From contig DBDU01000015.1 in assembly GCA_002293725.1 (NCBI GenBank), forward strand, positions 19,793 through 83,792: 64,000 nt of DNA. The letters run 5' to 3'. Below are positions 25,724 through 34,767 of the stretch, piece after piece. Within the stretch, counting starts at the first letter, position 1. The number at the start of each line of letters is the position of its first letter. The stretch is from Patescibacteria group bacterium UBA924. GTDB taxonomy: Bacteria > Patescibacteriota > Microgenomatia > UBA1400 > PJMF01. The notes under the pieces were generated by a model, which did no database searches, was not told the origin of the DNA, and saw only the letters and a program-made list of their open reading frames with translations. The position numbers were made by a program, and so were the translations under genes.

Positions 25724-28195
25724 ATGCTAAGATCGGGCAAAATGCCGAAGAAAACGCGTCGTAGCCAGAAGAAAGTTCGCAAAGCTGCCCGCAAAAAAAC
25801 ACGCATTCTTGAACAGTCAGCTCCAACTAAAAAAAAGCCTCTCCCATCCACTGAAAAAAAGAAAACGATCACACGAAAACGGACGTTAAGTTCTAAGACT
25901 ACTTCAAAGGTCAAAACGGTTAGTGCTACAAAAAGACGCAAGAAAGCAGTCGCTGTTCAAGTTTTTCCAGAGCCATTGGGAAGTCGTGTCTTCCGCCAGT
26001 TGCGTACAGTTCTTTCCGCACTCTTTCGTGAGTTGATCTATCCTTTTTATTATCTCTTTCGCTATCACTTTTTTGCGACGCTCTTTGCTTTACTACTGAC
26101 CGGTCTAATTCTGGGTGGTGCATACCTCACGTACGACACAGCATTCAAAGACTTACCCCCAGTAACACAGATGAGGCAACGCAAGCAGCCTCTCACTACA
26201 AAGATTCTCGATCGCAATGGAAAGCTACTGTATAGCATCTATAAAGACCAAAATCGGACGTTAGTCCCACTTTCCAAGGTTCCACCGTCCATGATTCAAG
26301 CCACGATCGCAATCGAGGACCGTGAGTTTTACACCCACCACGGGCTGTCGTTTAAAGGAATCGCCCGTGCTATCAAAGTGAATAGCGAAGGAGAACGTAT
26401 CCAAGGTGGTTCAACGATCACTCAGCAGCTAGTTAAGATGACTCTGCTCACCCCTGAGAAAACGCTAAAACGTAAAATCCGAGAAGCAATCCTGTCATTT
26501 CTGGTTGAACGAACCTACACCAAAGAAGAGATCCTAGAGATGTACTTAAACGAGACCCCATACGGGGGCTCAACTTATGGTGTAGAAGAAGCTGCCCAAC
26601 GTTACTTTGGAAAGTCAGCCCAAAGACTCAACTTAGCGGAGAGTGCTTTTTTAGCGGGACTACCACAATCACCCAGTCTATACTCGCCGTTTGGAAGCAG
26701 TCCTGAGTTAGCATATGCCCGTCAACGTGAAGTTCTCCGCAGAATGGTGGAGGACGAGTATATTACCCAGCAACAAGCTGATGCAGCTCGGGAGTATACC
26801 CTTTCGTTCCGAGCCAATGTGACAGACATTCAAGCCCCTCACTTTGTGATGTACGTCCGCGAACTACTGGCTCAACAGTATGGCGAAGAGTTAGTCAATC
26901 AAGGTGGTCTAGAAGTACGAACAACTCTTGATTTTGATCTACAAACCGAGACAGAAAAAATTCTGACAGAAGAGATGAACCTCCTTTCGCGTCTCAGAAT
27001 TAGTAACGGGGCAGTTTTAGTTACCGATCCACAAACCGGCGAAGTCCTAACTATGGTCGGAAGTAAAGACTACTTTGATTTTGAACATGATGGTCAGGTA
27101 AATGTCACTATGCGCCCCCGGCAACCAGGCTCGTCTATTAAACCAGTTACTTACGCAGCGGCTTTTGAACGGGGTTTAAGCCCAACGAGTATGATTCGGG
27201 ATGAGGCCATTACCTACAACATTCAAGGTTCACCTCCATACTCCCCCAAGAACTACGATGGACGCTTTCATGGAAACGTCAGCATTCGGGAAGCATTGGC
27301 TTCTTCCTATAACATCCCGGCAGTAAAAACCCTTGATGGAGTTGGCATTACTAACGTGATCGATCTAGCCGAAACTTTAGGTATTACTACCTGGAAAGAT
27401 CGCACCCGCTTTGGACTGTCTCTGACATTAGGCGGCGGCGAAGTTTTAATGACTGATATGGCAAAAGTGTATGGCACGTTTGCGAATAACGGGGTCACGA
27501 CTGATCTGTCCCCGATTCTGGAAATCAAAACAGCTAAGGGTGATGTCCTTTATCACAATAACTGTGCTCTCGATAATAATGACTGTCCCTCTCGCAAAAC
27601 GCTTTCCACTAAAACTGCCTATCAGATCACTGATATCCTGACCGATAACGTTGCCCGAATCCCTGCCTTCGGACCAAACTCAGTGCTCCATATTCCAGAG
27701 CAGCAAGTAGCCGTTAAAACGGGTACCACCAATAACCTTCGTGATAACTGGACGATTGGCTATACCACTGATCGGGTAGTAGCTGTTTGGGTTGGCAATA
27801 ATGACAACACCCCTATGAGTTATGTAGCATCGGGTATTACCGGCGCTTCGCCCATTTGGAACAAGGTTATTCGGCTGACACTGAGCGATGAAGCCCCTCA
27901 TCAGTTTCCATTACCGGAAGGTTTAGTGAGAGTAAAAGTTTGCGTTCAAACCCAAACTCTTCCATGTAATGGCTGTCCAACGGTGCGAGATGAACTTTTC
28001 GCCGTAGGGTCAGAGCCCCAAACGGCCTGTAATCCAAACCAGTTCTCGTCACCAATAGTCCAACCTACTGCGCCAACTCGACCTCAAGCAACCTATCGTC
28101 CACAACCACAAGCTCCCCGCGTTACTACACCAAGGCAAACCACAGCACCTCAGACGCCCTCGCGACCACTGCAGAACACCATTCCCTTACGCTAA
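25724..28195 (+). CDS. Class A penicillin-binding protein paralog with Lys/Arg-rich cytoplasmic N-terminal extension
   Basis: 823 aa; IAIEDREFYTHHGLS, GGSTITQQLVK, PGSSIKP, VAVKTGTTNN motifs; first ~90 aa are K/R/T/S-rich low complexity; Pro/Thr/Gln-rich C-terminal tail. Confidence 0.85.
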   Translation: MLRSGKMPKKTRRSQKKVRKAARKKTRILEQSAPTKKKPLPSTEKKKTITRKRTLSSKTTSKVKTVSATKRRKKAVAVQVFPEPLGSRVFRQLRTVLSALFRELIYPFYYLFRYHFFATLFALLLTGLILGGAYLTYDTAFKDLPPVTQMRQRKQPLTTKILDRNGKLLYSIYKDQNRTLVPLSKVPPSMIQATIAIEDREFYTHHGLSFKGIARAIKVNSEGERIQGGSTITQQLVKMTLLTPEKTLKRKIREAILSFLVERTYTKEEILEMYLNETPYGGSTYGVEEAAQRYFGKSAQRLNLAESAFLAGLPQSPSLYSPFGSSPELAYARQREVLRRMVEDEYITQQQADAAREYTLSFRANVTDIQAPHFVMYVRELLAQQYGEELVNQGGLEVRTTLDFDLQTETEKILTEEMNLLSRLRISNGAVLVTDPQTGEVLTMVGSKDYFDFEHDGQVNVTMRPRQPGSSIKPVTYAAAFERGLSPTSMIRDEAITYNIQGSPPYSPKNYDGRFHGNVSIREALASSYNIPAVKTLDGVGITNVIDLAETLGITTWKDRTRFGLSLTLGGGEVLMTDMAKVYGTFANNGVTTDLSPILEIKTAKGDVLYHNNCALDNNDCPSRKTLSTKTAYQITDILTDNVARIPAFGPNSVLHIPEQQVAVKTGTTNNLRDNWTIGYTTDRVVAVWVGNNDNTPMSYVASGITGASPIWNKVIRLTLSDEAPHQFPLPEGLVRVKVCVQTQTLPCNGCPTVRDELFAVGSEPQTACNPNQFSSPIVQPTAPTRPQATYRPQPQAPRVTTPRQTTAPQTPSRPLQNTIPLR

Positions 28196-28213
28196 ATAGA
28201 TTTTTTGTCTGTG

Positions 28214-28870
28214 TTACTTTTGAAATAGAGCGTCAAAGTACTCTAGAAATGAGAGTGATCTTTTCTCTCGTTCTGCATATGCCCAGTCAGTGTTGAGCTT
28301 CTGATTCAGAATCGTACGGCGGAAGATCTTCACCCGCCAAGCAGAGGCAAAGGCAAAAATTCCTTTCCCACGGGAGATCCGTTCTTGACTCCAGAGATCA
28401 AGGTCATCTAAATCACGAAGGATCTTTGCTTCTAAGGTACGAATTGGTAAGAACTGAAAGTGAGCATGCTTACGAATTGAGTAACTCACTTCGCTCCGCA
28501 GCTCTGCTTTTAAATGGGCAGTCTTGGCAGCTCGCTCAAAGATTCTCACCGAACCAAGTCCATCCCAAAACTGATGATAGAGTAGCTCCAAGTTATTACG
28601 AGCAAGTCGACCGGCCTTCCAAGAGTCATGCCAACAAATACTCAACACTACTACTTCCGGATTGATCATGCTCAAAAGATGTTCGTCTTTTTTAAGCATA
28701 AATGAGAAGTCTTGTAACATTCGCTCGGCGTGAGTAACGTCGTGGTAGGGATCTTTACTCTTTGACATCACCTCTAAACCCCGAGTACTAAGCTGCAGTA
28801 CAGGATCAGAAAGATACTGTCGTAATGAGTCAAGTGCGCGACTATGCATTAAGAACGATTCATCATCCAC
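28214..28870 (-). CDS. HD-domain-like phosphohydrolase (putative)
   Basis: 218 aa; YHDVTHAER and CWHDSWK H/HD motifs. Confidence 0.35.
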   Translation of the reverse strand: MDDESFLMHSRALDSLRQYLSDPVLQLSTRGLEVMSKSKDPYHDVTHAERMLQDFSFMLKKDEHLLSMINPEVVVLSICWHDSWKAGRLARNNLELLYHQFWDGLGSVRIFERAAKTAHLKAELRSEVSYSIRKHAHFQFLPIRTLEAKILRDLDDLDLWSQERISRGKGIFAFASAWRVKIFRRTILNQKLNTDWAYAEREKRSLSFLEYFDALFQK

Positions 28871-29115
28871 AGAACTACTGAGATTAAAATTGTGAGTAAG
28901 AGTAAGACCGGAGCAACAAAGCGTTCTCGTTGTTTGCGCTTTCGTTCTTGTTCTTTAAGAAACTTTTTCTCTTCCCGAGCGATTCGGCGAGCTTCCTTTT
29001 CGGCTTCAGTTTCTTCGGTCGTTTTTTGTAACTCATCCAGTTGAGATAAGAGCTCTTGGTCTTGAGACTCAACAGATTCTTCTGTTTCTTCTTTTTTGCG
29101 ACCAAACCACCCCAT
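28849..29115 (-). CDS. Small charged protein with C-terminal TM helix
   Basis: 88 aa, E/K-rich then hydrophobic helix; 22-nt overlap with downstream gene. Confidence 0.25.
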   Translation of the reverse strand: MGWFGRKKEETEESVESQDQELLSQLDELQKTTEETEAEKEARRIAREEKKFLKEQERKRKQRERFVAPVLLLLTILISVVLWMMNRS

Positions 29116-29119
29116 ACGA

Positions 29120-29806
29120 TTATCCCTTCAGCTCTTTTGCTCGTTCAACAATCAGATCAACAACTTCTTCAATTGTGAGGTTAGAAGAATCTAGCACCCA
29201 AGCTCCTTCAACCACGTGCAGCGGATCAATAGCTCTGTTCATGTCACGGTCGTCACGTTCTTGGAGATCTTTATAAACATCTTCAAAAGTAACATCCTGA
29301 CCACGGGTTTGTAGCTCATAGTGACGTCTTTTGGCACGAGTTTCAGTAGAAGCAGTTAAGTAAATCTTGAGTTTAGAGTCGGGAAGAACTTTAAAGGTAA
29401 TATCTCTACCTTCCATTACCACATCCTGGTTGGCAGCAATCTCTTGTTGTTTCTCAACTAAGTGTTCGCGAACTTTCACCAGTGCCGCAACTTTGGAAGA
29501 GCCTTGACCTACGGCTTCGGTGCGAATATCCCAAGAAACGTCTTCACCATTCAAAAGAACAGTCGTTAAACGACCATCCTGTTCAGTTTCATTCGGATTA
29601 CGCATCTCAATCTTATTTTGTTTGAGAAGCTCTACGATCTTCTCTTCATCTTCAAAAGGAACTGTATTGCGAAGAGCTATTAAAGCTGTTACACGATACA
29701 TAGCTCCAGTATCAACGTATAACGACCCCAGACGTTGGGCAACCAAACGAGCTACAGTTCCTTTTCCCGCAGCAACTGGCCCATCTATTGCAATGTGCAG
29801 TGGCAT
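29120..29806 (-). CDS. cmk: Cytidylate kinase
   Basis: 228 aa; IAIDGPVAAGKGTVARLVAQRLG...DTGAMYR. Confidence 0.85.
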   Translation of the reverse strand: MPLHIAIDGPVAAGKGTVARLVAQRLGSLYVDTGAMYRVTALIALRNTVPFEDEEKIVELLKQNKIEMRNPNETEQDGRLTTVLLNGEDVSWDIRTEAVGQGSSKVAALVKVREHLVEKQQEIAANQDVVMEGRDITFKVLPDSKLKIYLTASTETRAKRRHYELQTRGQDVTFEDVYKDLQERDDRDMNRAIDPLHVVEGAWVLDSSNLTIEEVVDLIVERAKELKG

Positions 29807-29835
29807 ACCATTCCTCCGATGAGCAGGCTAAAATC

Positions 29836-30060
29836 TTACTTTCGTTTCTTTGGTGTGGATTTTCTCATACTTCGTGATGAAGTTTCGTGCATCCACTCAT
29901 CACGATCACAGGTTAAAAGACCACCAAGTCCCACTACAATTAAAATAAGTGGCCACAGATTTCCGAACTCTCTTGGGAGTAATCCTAAGTTGTGAGCTAG
30001 GAAAACGAGTCCCATAGCGATCATTGCAGCTGGCCAGAATACTTTTTTGGGCATATACAC
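29836..30060 (-). CDS. Small membrane protein (two TM helices)
   Basis: 74 aa. Confidence 0.25.
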   Translation of the reverse strand: MYMPKKVFWPAAMIAMGLVFLAHNLGLLPREFGNLWPLILIVVGLGGLLTCDRDEWMHETSSRSMRKSTPKKRK

Positions 30061-30159
30061 CTCTCTTTCCCTTCATTATTCAAAGTTCTGGGTCTTTTTG
30101 CAACTACTGTCTTCAAGTTAGCAGCAAATGAAAGAAGATATTCAAGATATAATACCTGC

Positions 30160-30612
30160 ATGATCTTGCTCGAGAATCGAAAAGCATCACAAGAATATGA
30201 GTTCCTGGAAAGTTATGTCGCAGGTATCGTTTTGCATGGCTCCGAAGTAAAGAGCTTACGACAGAAAAGTGGCAGCTTCACCGGGAGCTACGTCAAGGTC
30301 TTGGGGAACGAGTTATTCTTATTGAATGCTCAAATCACGCCGTACAAGTTTGCCGATAATCGCGAGTATGACCCCAAACGAACTCGGAAGCTCCTTTTAA
30401 AAAGACGTGAGATTAATCAGCTCATTGAAGCAACTCAGCAAAAAGGGCTGGCATTAATTCCTCAAAAATTTGAACTACTGGGAAATACGATTAAGTTGCG
30501 TTTCGCCTTAGCTCGAGGAAAAAAACAGTATGAGCGCCGCGCTGAGCTAAAGAAAAAAGCGATTGAACGAGACATTCAGCACGAGCTAAAACACAAAGTA
30601 AGAATCAGGTAG
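30160..30612 (+). CDS. smpB: SsrA-binding protein SmpB
   Basis: 150 aa; ...ASQEYEFLESYVAGIVLHGSEVKSLR... and basic C-terminal tail. Confidence 0.85.
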   Translation: MILLENRKASQEYEFLESYVAGIVLHGSEVKSLRQKSGSFTGSYVKVLGNELFLLNAQITPYKFADNREYDPKRTRKLLLKRREINQLIEATQQKGLALIPQKFELLGNTIKLRFALARGKKQYERRAELKKKAIERDIQHELKHKVRIR

Positions 30613-30622
30613 GATGCTACTC

Positions 30623-31762
30623 CGTTCAAATACGGTCACCCGCTAATTTAAAAAAGAGTGGTAGATCAAGGTTTGGATTTTTTGTTAACGATAAGCTTGA
30701 GAACCCATTTAAGTTCGCAAACTTCCCTTCACAATCAGTAAAAGGTTTTAGCCTTCTCCTCAAGAAATATCCGTTTAACCACAATGTAGCGTGTTCAAAT
30801 GAATCAAATCCTTTAATACTCTTTAGTCGGCCTTGAAGGTGGGAGTTAAAACTCTCAATTAAGTTAGTGGTAGTAGGGATTTCTTCATCATGCAGATACC
30901 CCAGCAATAGATCTTTTTTTGCTTCTAAATCAATTAAAATTGACGTGCAAAGTCTATCAGGATAGTGTATCTGAATAATTTGGGTAAGCTCTTGAATAAA
31001 GCTTAGTTCAGAATATCGATGCTTAAAAAGTCGACAGAGCGCAAAAAAAAATGGTCGATAGTGATAGTTAAGGTCTAAACGAAGTAAAAAGCGGATTGAT
31101 CGAAGATAATGCAGTTGACAGAGCTGGACAACTGCACCTGGGAAAACCTCCAAACAAGCCCTGTAAATATTACTATTGTCATCACAGACCAAAACGCGTA
31201 AGGGATAGTTGAGCTCTTTTAACTTCTGAAAAAAAGCTAGACAGGTCTGATAACTCTCGGCAGTTGAAAGCAGATAGTAGGGAATGTCGTGGCTGGCGTA
31301 GTCCAAGCCATACAGAACAGGAATTTTTCTCTTGTATCCTTTTACAGCTAGATACTTTCCATCTACTAAAAGGATGCCAGAGAAATTAGTGCAGTATGTC
31401 CGAGTAATTTCTGCACAGTCTGGAAGTTGTTTTAAAACTTGCGCACAGTAGTTATAAGCACTACCGAGGCTAATGTGATATTGGTTTGAAAGCGCACGAA
31501 AAGGAACTCCATCAATGTGTGCCCACAGAAGTCTGTACTTTTTAAGCGATGCAGCCCTATTAATTTGAAACCAACGATTACATTTTTGGCAGTGATACTT
31601 TATCTTTCCACGCCGAACACCTTTGCGAAAAGTTACTGAAGATTTACATGATGGACATCGAGGGTTTTTTTCATCTGTAAAGCATACTTCACCTAGTCAA
31701 CAGCTGTTTTTCTCTTGGTCGATAAGCGAAAATTGAAGTGTTTTGTGACCAATTTTGAACGG
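30623..31762. mobile_element. Insertion sequence (~1.14 kb) with 18-bp imperfect terminal inverted repeats, IS1595/IS1-like
   Basis: Left end CCGTTCAAATACGGTCAC (30623-30640) vs reverse complement of right end CCGTTCAAAATTGGTCAC (31745-31762), 15/18 identical; encloses one transposase reading frame; sits in intergenic space between smpB and a convergent gene. Confidence 0.6.
30626..31696 (-). pseudogene. IS transposase (Zn-ribbon N-terminus + DDE domain) lacking a canonical start codon
   Basis: Stop-to-stop frame of 357 codons: N-terminal CPSCKSSVTFRKGVRRGKIKYHCQKCNRWF zinc ribbon, then LLVDGKYLAVKG (D1), VLVCDDNSNIY (D2), ESFNSHLQGRLKSIKGF (E) DDE-like signature; no ATG/GTG/TTG in first 127 codons (tracked ORF begins at an internal TTG). 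Confidence 0.55.
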
Positions 31763-31773
31763 TCTCAGGAGTT

Positions 31774-33693
31774 TTATAGTCCCACTTCATACACCAGCGA
31801 ACCACTAAGGGCAAATGCCTTAGAGTGTTTCTCACTGGCTACCACCGCTGTGGCTCCAGCTAGCTCATCACTTTTGATCTCTTTAATGAACTGACCTTCT
31901 TTATTCAGAACGACTACTCTGCTTTTTTCTGGTTCGAGTACATAGAGGTTCTGTAAATCGGGTTTAGTAAAAATACTAATTGGCGTAGTAAATGGGTCTG
32001 CCAGTCCTGAAATCTCAAAAGCAGCTGTTCTCCCCCCTGAAAGCTTCAGAATCTCTCCTGTCTGAGTAGAAAGCCAGACATCACCATCAATCGCAAAGGT
32101 CTGGACATTGTTGAGATCAACACCTTGTCCGGACTGAATCCAAGCGGTAGGTTCGCTATCTAGCTTGTCGTCTTCGGTGTCATAACGGAAGATGTTATTT
32201 CTAGTCTTGTTGAGTACGTATAGGTACTTGTCGAACAGTCCCAATGACTGACCATCAGTAATAACGTCATCTGAGTTTTCTACGATACTTGCGACTTCGG
32301 TGCCACTCAAAGTAAAGCGGAAAAGACCCTGACCCAAGAAGTAGAGAAACTCGTCGTTGGCAACCAGAGCGCGAATATCGGGATACTCGCCAATTGGTAG
32401 CAGCGTAGGCTGTTTTTTCTCGATATTTAACGCCAAGATACGACGTTGGCCAGAGTCTAAGAAAAACAATGTCTCCGCCGTAACATCAATCCTGCTAGCT
32501 AAAAAGTTGGACTGCACCAAACGCAGATCGAAAAAGGTGGGCAGATGTGGTAACTGCGTTTGCCCTGAGATACTTTGATTAAATTCTTTGATGGTGTCTA
32601 GTTGTGCTTGAAGTGCTTCTTGAACAAACTTTGGTTGAGCCTGATCTTGGGCTTTGGCTTCTACCTCAGTGATTAACAGTCCCAGCTGTGCTCGCGCCGT
32701 TACGGGATCGTTGACTGACAGATCTTTGATTTGGGCAAACTGCGTTTGGTAGGGTGTTAGGATCGATGCAACTTGTTTCTGTTGCTCCTGTCTATGATTT
32801 CGCCAAAAACCCAGTGCGCCAATTGCAATCAAGAGCAGCGCCAAAAGAACTAGTCCCACTTTCAAGGCTGAGCGTCGATGTTTCTGTCTAACATATACAT
32901 CCTGAGAAAAGAGCTGTCCGAACTGCGCAGATACTCCTTTAACTGCTCTTCGTACGCCACCGACACCTTTCCCTACTCCGTGAGTAACTTTACCTAAAGG
33001 GGTCGCTGGTGGAGAGATCGTTTGAGACAGCTGCTGGTCTACCTCAGCAGGAGTAAGCATCGCCGGTTGGGAGCTATCATGCAGCTCCACCGAATCCACT
33101 CTGTCATCACTTACCGCTTCAACATCTTTAACAGCAGCTACGCTTAAGCCAGTTAATGGTTCATCAGCACTTCCATGCACTGCTGATCGGAGTTCTGGTA
33201 GCTCAATTAAGGTCGCAGCCGTTTGGGCGGTCGTTTTTGCCAGGGCATCTTGAATGAGGGCTGAAAGTGGCATTGCCTTCTGGGTAAACAGTGCATAGAC
33301 GTCGTCCACCTGAGTTTTTCCTTCAAGCAACTGTAAGGTACTTTCAGCACTCAAAATTTGGCCGACTTTAGATCCTCGCTTCAACCAAACACTTCCGTTA
33401 TATGCCGCCAATACAACTCGATCTTCCATCACTCCCATACTCACCAAAGACAGCTCCACTTCCATCCGCTCAGCTGTGGAGATACATCTATCCAAAAGTT
33501 GGTGCAGCTCTAGGCTACTTTGGGGAGCTTCGTGATCAAACTGCTCTTGGCAGTAGTGTAAAAAGGCTTCACCAGCATTTGCGGAGGAAACGGCATACAG
33601 TACCACCAGGTCTTGTGTCGGGTGAATAAGCACCCCACTCCGTTGGTTGTCTGTTGCTTGACCAACTAATGTCCGTTGAAGAAGTTTCAACAT
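31774..33693 (-). CDS. Hypothetical bitopic membrane protein: cytoplasmic N-domain, single TM, extracytoplasmic repeat (beta-propeller-like) C-domain
   Basis: 639 aa; TM LKVGLVLLALLLIAIGALGFW mid-protein; C-terminal repeats LYFLGQGLFRF / YLYVLNKTRNNIFRY / LYVLEPEKSRVVVLN. Confidence 0.3.
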   Translation of the reverse strand: MLKLLQRTLVGQATDNQRSGVLIHPTQDLVVLYAVSSANAGEAFLHYCQEQFDHEAPQSSLELHQLLDRCISTAERMEVELSLVSMGVMEDRVVLAAYNGSVWLKRGSKVGQILSAESTLQLLEGKTQVDDVYALFTQKAMPLSALIQDALAKTTAQTAATLIELPELRSAVHGSADEPLTGLSVAAVKDVEAVSDDRVDSVELHDSSQPAMLTPAEVDQQLSQTISPPATPLGKVTHGVGKGVGGVRRAVKGVSAQFGQLFSQDVYVRQKHRRSALKVGLVLLALLLIAIGALGFWRNHRQEQQKQVASILTPYQTQFAQIKDLSVNDPVTARAQLGLLITEVEAKAQDQAQPKFVQEALQAQLDTIKEFNQSISGQTQLPHLPTFFDLRLVQSNFLASRIDVTAETLFFLDSGQRRILALNIEKKQPTLLPIGEYPDIRALVANDEFLYFLGQGLFRFTLSGTEVASIVENSDDVITDGQSLGLFDKYLYVLNKTRNNIFRYDTEDDKLDSEPTAWIQSGQGVDLNNVQTFAIDGDVWLSTQTGEILKLSGGRTAAFEISGLADPFTTPISIFTKPDLQNLYVLEPEKSRVVVLNKEGQFIKEIKSDELAGATAVVASEKHSKAFALSGSLVYEVGL

Positions 33694-33726
33694 CGACGTT
33701 ATTTTAACACTGGATAAGAAGAAACC

Positions 33727-33963
33727 TTACATCAAGGTTACAAATGCAAAGGCAAGTGCCAACACAGCAATTAAAACATGCAGTAGTCCGATTAAAAAGA
33801 CCATTCCTGAAAATGGGGTGATCACCGTTTTTCTCATAATCTCAATCTGGCGCAAAGCAATGAAGGTGAAGATGAGATACAGCAAGAAACCGAAGAGGAG
33901 CATTAATCGCACACTGCCTAAAAGGAGAGAGTCAAGTGAGTCGGGAGTGAGTACCGGAAACAT
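33727..33963 (-). CDS. Small membrane protein
   Basis: 78 aa, two TM helices. Confidence 0.2.
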   Translation of the reverse strand: MFPVLTPDSLDSLLLGSVRLMLLFGFLLYLIFTFIALRQIEIMRKTVITPFSGMVFLIGLLHVLIAVLALAFAFVTLM

Positions 33964-34721
33964 TAGTTTGCCCTCTTATCTAGTTTTTCTTGTTCTTCTT
34001 CAATTAATAGCTCATTCAAGAATGCTACTACTCTACTTGGGTGTGGTACGCTTGCAAACTCAAATTGGGTAACAGCACCAGCAGTCTGAATCTTAATATC
34101 ACCAAAGTCAAAAACTGACCCTAAAAAACCAGCAGTCGTGGCCGTAATATCCTCGATGTTATCTAGTTTGGCATACGAAACGTTTTTAAATAAGATCGAG
34201 TGGAAGTCAACATCAATGATCCGTTCATCAGTAATGATGTAGACGTTGTAGAACCACGAGAGAAAAACTTCGAGTGTGTAACTGGCCACAATTAAGTACC
34301 AACCTAAGTTGGCAATCAATTGAAAACGAGTTGGTAAAAAGTCCAACATGCCTACTGCATTAAATAAAACTGGAACAAAAATGAGTCCCAAAATGACAAA
34401 AACGTACTTGATTTGGGTGATCAGACTCTGACGAAGTAAGAGTAAAACTTGCTCGTCAGCGTGTTGAGAGTCGAAACGAGTATTTTCTGGTTTGGGAGCA
34501 TAGGCCGCAAAAACACGATGAGACGGCTTCTCCTTTCGCATCACACTTGAGTACTCATCAACGTGTTTGGCTTTCCGTTTCTCTTCAGTTAAACGATGAA
34601 CAGGGGCTGGATCAGAGACTGCTTCAACCTCAGAGTGTTGAGCCTCGTCAGAATGTACAGGAGTCTTTGCCGCTGACGTTCCTGCTTTAGAAGCTTTCGA
34701 GGAGTTGAAGATTTCCGGCAT
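33963..34721 (-). CDS. Membrane protein with bacterial PH (bPH_2/YdbT-like) domain
   Basis: 252 aa; two TM helices then ...YNVYIITDERIIDVDFHSILFKNVSYAKLDNIEDI... typical bPH_2 core. Confidence 0.4.
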   Translation of the reverse strand: MPEIFNSSKASKAGTSAAKTPVHSDEAQHSEVEAVSDPAPVHRLTEEKRKAKHVDEYSSVMRKEKPSHRVFAAYAPKPENTRFDSQHADEQVLLLLRQSLITQIKYVFVILGLIFVPVLFNAVGMLDFLPTRFQLIANLGWYLIVASYTLEVFLSWFYNVYIITDERIIDVDFHSILFKNVSYAKLDNIEDITATTAGFLGSVFDFGDIKIQTAGAVTQFEFASVPHPSRVVAFLNELLIEEEQEKLDKRAN

Positions 34722-34767
34722 GAGGGAGATTATAGCAGTCGTTTCTCGATCTGTATCTAGTGGCTCT

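Noticed and set aside
28884-29105. Alternative 73-aa minus-strand ORF overlapping 28849..29115
   Set aside because: It is a different frame of the same region. The other frame gives a coherent charged N-terminus plus TM helix and better start context, so only one is kept.
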